Positions 60,271-64,000 of a stretch of DNA of 64,000 nt are shown here, piece after piece. This DNA comes from the human T2T-CHM13v2.0 reference genome, Homo sapiens. The DNA lies in NCBI RefSeq assembly GCF_009914755.1, contig NC_060927.1. One strand, written 5' to 3'. A program made the position numbers and the translations under genes. Within the stretch, counting starts at the first letter, position 1. Each line of letters opens with the position of its first letter. The notes beneath the pieces were generated by a model. It did no database searches. It saw only the letters and a list, made by a program, of their open reading frames with translations, and was not told the origin of the DNA.

Positions 60271-62195
60271 GCTTTGTTATTATAATAGTTGCATCTAGAA
60301 CCCAGGACTAGATAAATTTAAATAGCTGTAATTTTTAGAAGTTATCTGTAATTTTTATATATCTAAAATACATATTTTAATATTCTACATTTGTTTTATT
60401 TACCTAGAATTCATTGAAACCTGTTATACTAATTTCTATTAATTGCTATACTTCACTATGTGTTTAAAATGATTTATAATTTAAGAGACATCAAATGGCA
60501 CCTCTAAATTAAGGTTGATAAAAAACAACAACCAGCAATATAGTTGAAAAACAACTAGGCATTTTATTAAAAGGAAATGAAAATATCCATGTTAACAGGG
60601 TAGTTATATTTAAACACAATTAAAACTACGAAACTGAGAGGGTAAAATACTGATGATGGTCTTATAGGAAAGCAGCATGAATTACAACAATCATAGTCAA
60701 ATTAATGGGTAGTCACTGTGGGTAATAAAGCAAAGTGAAGGAGCATTTCCTTACTTTGATGGTTCAGATATAGGGAAGCATTTCTTTACACTGTATTTAA
60801 CTAACAAGGTGAGTTGTCTGTGGCTGAAATTTAAAAATCAAAATTTGCTAATAATTAATAACTTTGTAGCTCTAGAAACTAAGGTAGTGCTAATACAGTT
60901 TCATGCTTCAGAGAAGTAGCAATTCTACATTGAATCCAAATACATATTCAACTTTTCCTGGGCCCTGGACCTCTAGTTCAAATCTGCTGAGTACATTAAT
61001 TTTGTTTTCATTACTACTCACCATCATTTTTCTTTTATTTCCTCTCTCACCCATACAATCATCTTTTGTTGGGTTACTTATGCTAAATCTATGGAACTAC
61101 TTCCACTCTTGATACAATGATGCTATTTGAACTACACAAATCACTACTTGAGATTAAAATTACAGTGATTGTCCTAGTATGGTTTTTCTTTGTAGAGAAT
61201 TATTGTTAGAATCCACTACTTTGGATAAACCATTTTTTTCATGGGTAAGATTCAATGAAAAGTCCACAGAGTATATAGCAACAGATCTCTGTCTGAAACT
61301 TAAAGCTGCCTCTTTAACTTTATACATGTTTTCCTGGAATGTCTAGACTCACAAAACTTCTGCTTACTAAGCTATAGAACAGATATTAACCACTTCCGGT
61401 TCTTGCACATGGCCTCTAGTTGACACATCTCATGTGTCATATATATTCTAGGAGTTAAATAAATGGTAGAAATCATAGAATATTTTCATTTTTTTCTTCA
61501 ATAACACTTTTACATAAACATTAAAAATATTCCCTCTTGTATTTCAAGTATATCCAGATATGTCTTTATAGTAGTAAGAATAATAATTGATGTAAAATAT
61601 GAAAAATGTAATACTAACATTGAAAAGGTAATAGTATTCATACTAGTTGAGAATAATTGAGAGGTACTCAATAGAGTGATCAGTTGTTTTCTTGGACTCT
61701 GCACTAATAAGCACATATTTTTACAGATGTTAGCAGTTTCTATTGATTTGGATAACATAGCAAGAACACAGATTTTAGTAGCAAATATACCTTGACTTGA
61801 ACTTCTGTGTGACCTCTGAAAAATTAACTGAAAATTTTATAAGTCAAGCTTCAAAATCATGGATTTGAATTATAGCATCACTCTTACAAGCTGTTGTAAG
61901 GGTCAAAAGAGACAATGCAGTAGGTCTATTTCCAAAATAATAAAGTACCTGAATTTTTTTTAGTTAAATTTCCTTTTGAAGCAATCATCTTCAATTAGCG
62001 GTATTCCTGCCTATGTCATTTCTCTGTGAGGTTTTCATTTGGAGTCTTGATATGAAGCCACTTGATCTATATCACTTTTTAAAATTTAACCCCACTCTAC
62101 ATTATTTATAAGTCAAAATTAGACATAATTAAAATACATTGAACAGATTCCTACAAGTAATTACATTATGGTCCTATAACTATTGGCTTCCTTAG

Positions 62196-62230
<35 letters not shown>

Positions 62231-62528
62231 GTTGTTGTTGTTTTGTTTTGTTTTTTTGAGACGGAGTCTCACTCTGTCGCCCAGGCTGGAGTGCAGTGGC
62301 AGTGATCTCGGCTCACTGCAAGCTCCGCCTCCTGGGTTCACGCCATTCTCCTGCCTCAGCCTCCTGAGTAGCTGGGACTACAGGCGCCCGCCACCATGCT
62401 CGGCTAATTTTTTGTATTTTTAGTTTCACCGTGTTAGCCAGGATGGTCTCGATCTCCTGACCTCATAATCCGCCCACCTCGGCCTCCCAAAGTGCTGTGA
62501 TTATAGGTGTAAGCCACCGCGCCCAGCC
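62196..62528 (-). mobile_element. AluY with (TTTTG)n tail and 11-bp internal deletion
   Basis: GCAAGCTCCGCC, TTCACGCCATTC, CCGTGTTAGCCAGGATGG; TAGT|TTCACC junction at ~62424. Confidence 0.94.
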
Positions 62529-63049
62529 ACATTGGTTTTAAGAAATATTAAACAACTTTAGAGAAATTCTTCCTTTCTGCTTTATTTCTGGAAATGTGAT
62601 CTTTTGCATTCCAATAATAGAAGCAGTTTGATTACACTTCCAGTGCATATCGTCAGGCTTTATCATATTCACTTTGTATCTTGCATTTGAAAATTTTTTT
62701 TCCCTACAAAATGACTTATTAAGTATGGAATTCCACTATACAAATATCCTTTTTTGTATGATTTTAATTACTCTTATTAACTTGATGTCAAAACCTGCCA
62801 CGGGAAGTTTTCTAAATGTTAACTATTGTAATTTTCATCCACTTGTAAATATGTCTTCCAAATGATGACTATTCACTTAAATCTTTGTATGTAATATGGT
62901 AAATACATATATATATTATGTATAATATATAAAAATATATATAGATTTCATTTATATTTTAGCAGTTTTAAAACATAATAATTAAAACATAAATAACATT
63001 AATTGCATGATTACTCTTTCAGGACATGTTTTACATATATTGACATGTA

Positions 63050-63205
63050 CAATGTTCACAACAATGTTATGAAGTATGCCCTCATGTTAACATTTTACAG
63101 GTGAGGAATCTAAAACCCAGACAAATAATTTTTCCAAATTATGAGATTATTAAGGTGGCAAAACAGGAATATGAACCAAGACCATAAGTTTCCAGAGTCA
63201 GTTCC
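63050..63205 (-). mobile_element. MIR fragment
   Basis: CATTTTACAGGTGAGGAATCTAA...TAAGGTGGCAAAACAGGAATATGAACCAAG. Confidence 0.65.
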
Positions 63206-63491
63206 CCAGATAATCACACAAATTTGTTCTTAGAGTGAAGAGTTCATAATATTAGAACATTTACTTACTGTATGATATGGTAACATCTAACATGAATATA
63301 AAGTTTCAGAGTTAACGTTAAAACATTTTAAATTTATATTCAGCTGTATTCACAGAGAAAACTAATAGTAACATTTATTTTAGCCTTCTTATTAGTAATG
63401 CTAACACTGGCTGAGCATGTATATTAAAGCCACTTGCCAGGAAACTTTACATATACTATCTTACCACATTTAACATACATGCTTACCTTAT

Positions 63492-63793
63492 TATTACAGA
63501 CTCCTTGGGATGTTGCTTTGCCAGCCTGAATCCTCTGTGACCAGTGGCATCTTTGCCCAAGTTTTCTAGGGCCCGCTGAGCTCATTCTGTCCACTCAGCC
63601 TGGCAGGGTACGCTCAGCGCACATTACTGGCCTGGATCCCACACAGGCCAAGGATGAGCCAGGTGCAGAGTGGCGAGGGACATGTGAGTGGACATGGGGT
63701 CCAGCCACGGGCTCATCAAGGTACACTGGCTGCAATGAGGCAGGTAGCTCCAGGTGCTGGCCTGGGCACTGGCTCCCTGTGCAGCTGTGACTG
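63492..63793 (-). mobile_element. MER52-type ERV1 LTR, interrupted by LTR12C
   Basis: TATTACAGACTCCTTGGGATGTTGCTTTGCCAGCC...GGCCTGGATCCCAC...CAGGTGCAGAGTGGCGAGGG; CpG-decayed. Confidence 0.78.
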
Positions 63794-64000
63794 TGAGAGG
63801 TGACAGCGTGCTGGCAGTCCTCACAGCCCTCGCTCGCTCTCGGCGCCTCCTCTGCCTGGGCTCCCACTTTGGCGGCACTTGAGGAGACCTTCAGCCCACC
63901 GCTGCACTGTGGGAGCCCCTTTCTGGGCTGGCCAAGGCCGGAGCCGGCTCCCTCAGCTTGCAGGGAGGTGTGGAGGGAGAGGCGGGAGCGGGAACCGAGG
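63794..64000 (+). mobile_element. LTR12C (HERV9 LTR) 5' end, runs off the window
   Basis: TGAGAGGTGACAGCGTGCTGGCAGTCCTCACAGCCCTCGCTCGCTCTCGGCGCC... is near-consensus with CpGs retained. Confidence 0.94.

Overview
This is an AT-rich, repeat-dense primate (ape/human-like) intergenic or deep-intronic window. I find no supportable host protein-coding gene, RNA gene or CRISPR array; the ORFs I could identify in the track are L1, Alu or MaLR/ERV remnants, and the rest look like chance ORFs. The window is a layered transposon record. An old minus-strand L1 is split by a two-LTR MER61-like ERV1 provirus (tRNA-Lys PBS, tiny gag and env relics), which itself hosts a very young 5'-inverted L1 and an AluY. 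There is also a complete THE1 MaLR with a perfect TSD and an ~11 kb old L1MC/MD-type element carrying nested MLT1A, MLT2A2, LTR9, L1, Alu and MLT2D insertions. Further elements are a 5.5 kb L1PA with broken ORF1/ORF2, solo MST LTRs, a half-deleted THE1D, two Tigger3 elements, about 13 Alus, and an LTR12C inserted in MER52 at the right edge. The least-explained signals are two ~140 bp local copy events placed ~2 kb downstream of their source (one 141/142 identical), the twin-primed young L1, and the asymmetric ERV LTR pair. Subfamily names come from recalled consensus motifs and need RepeatMasker/Dfam confirmation. I see no evidence for a novel multi-gene system.
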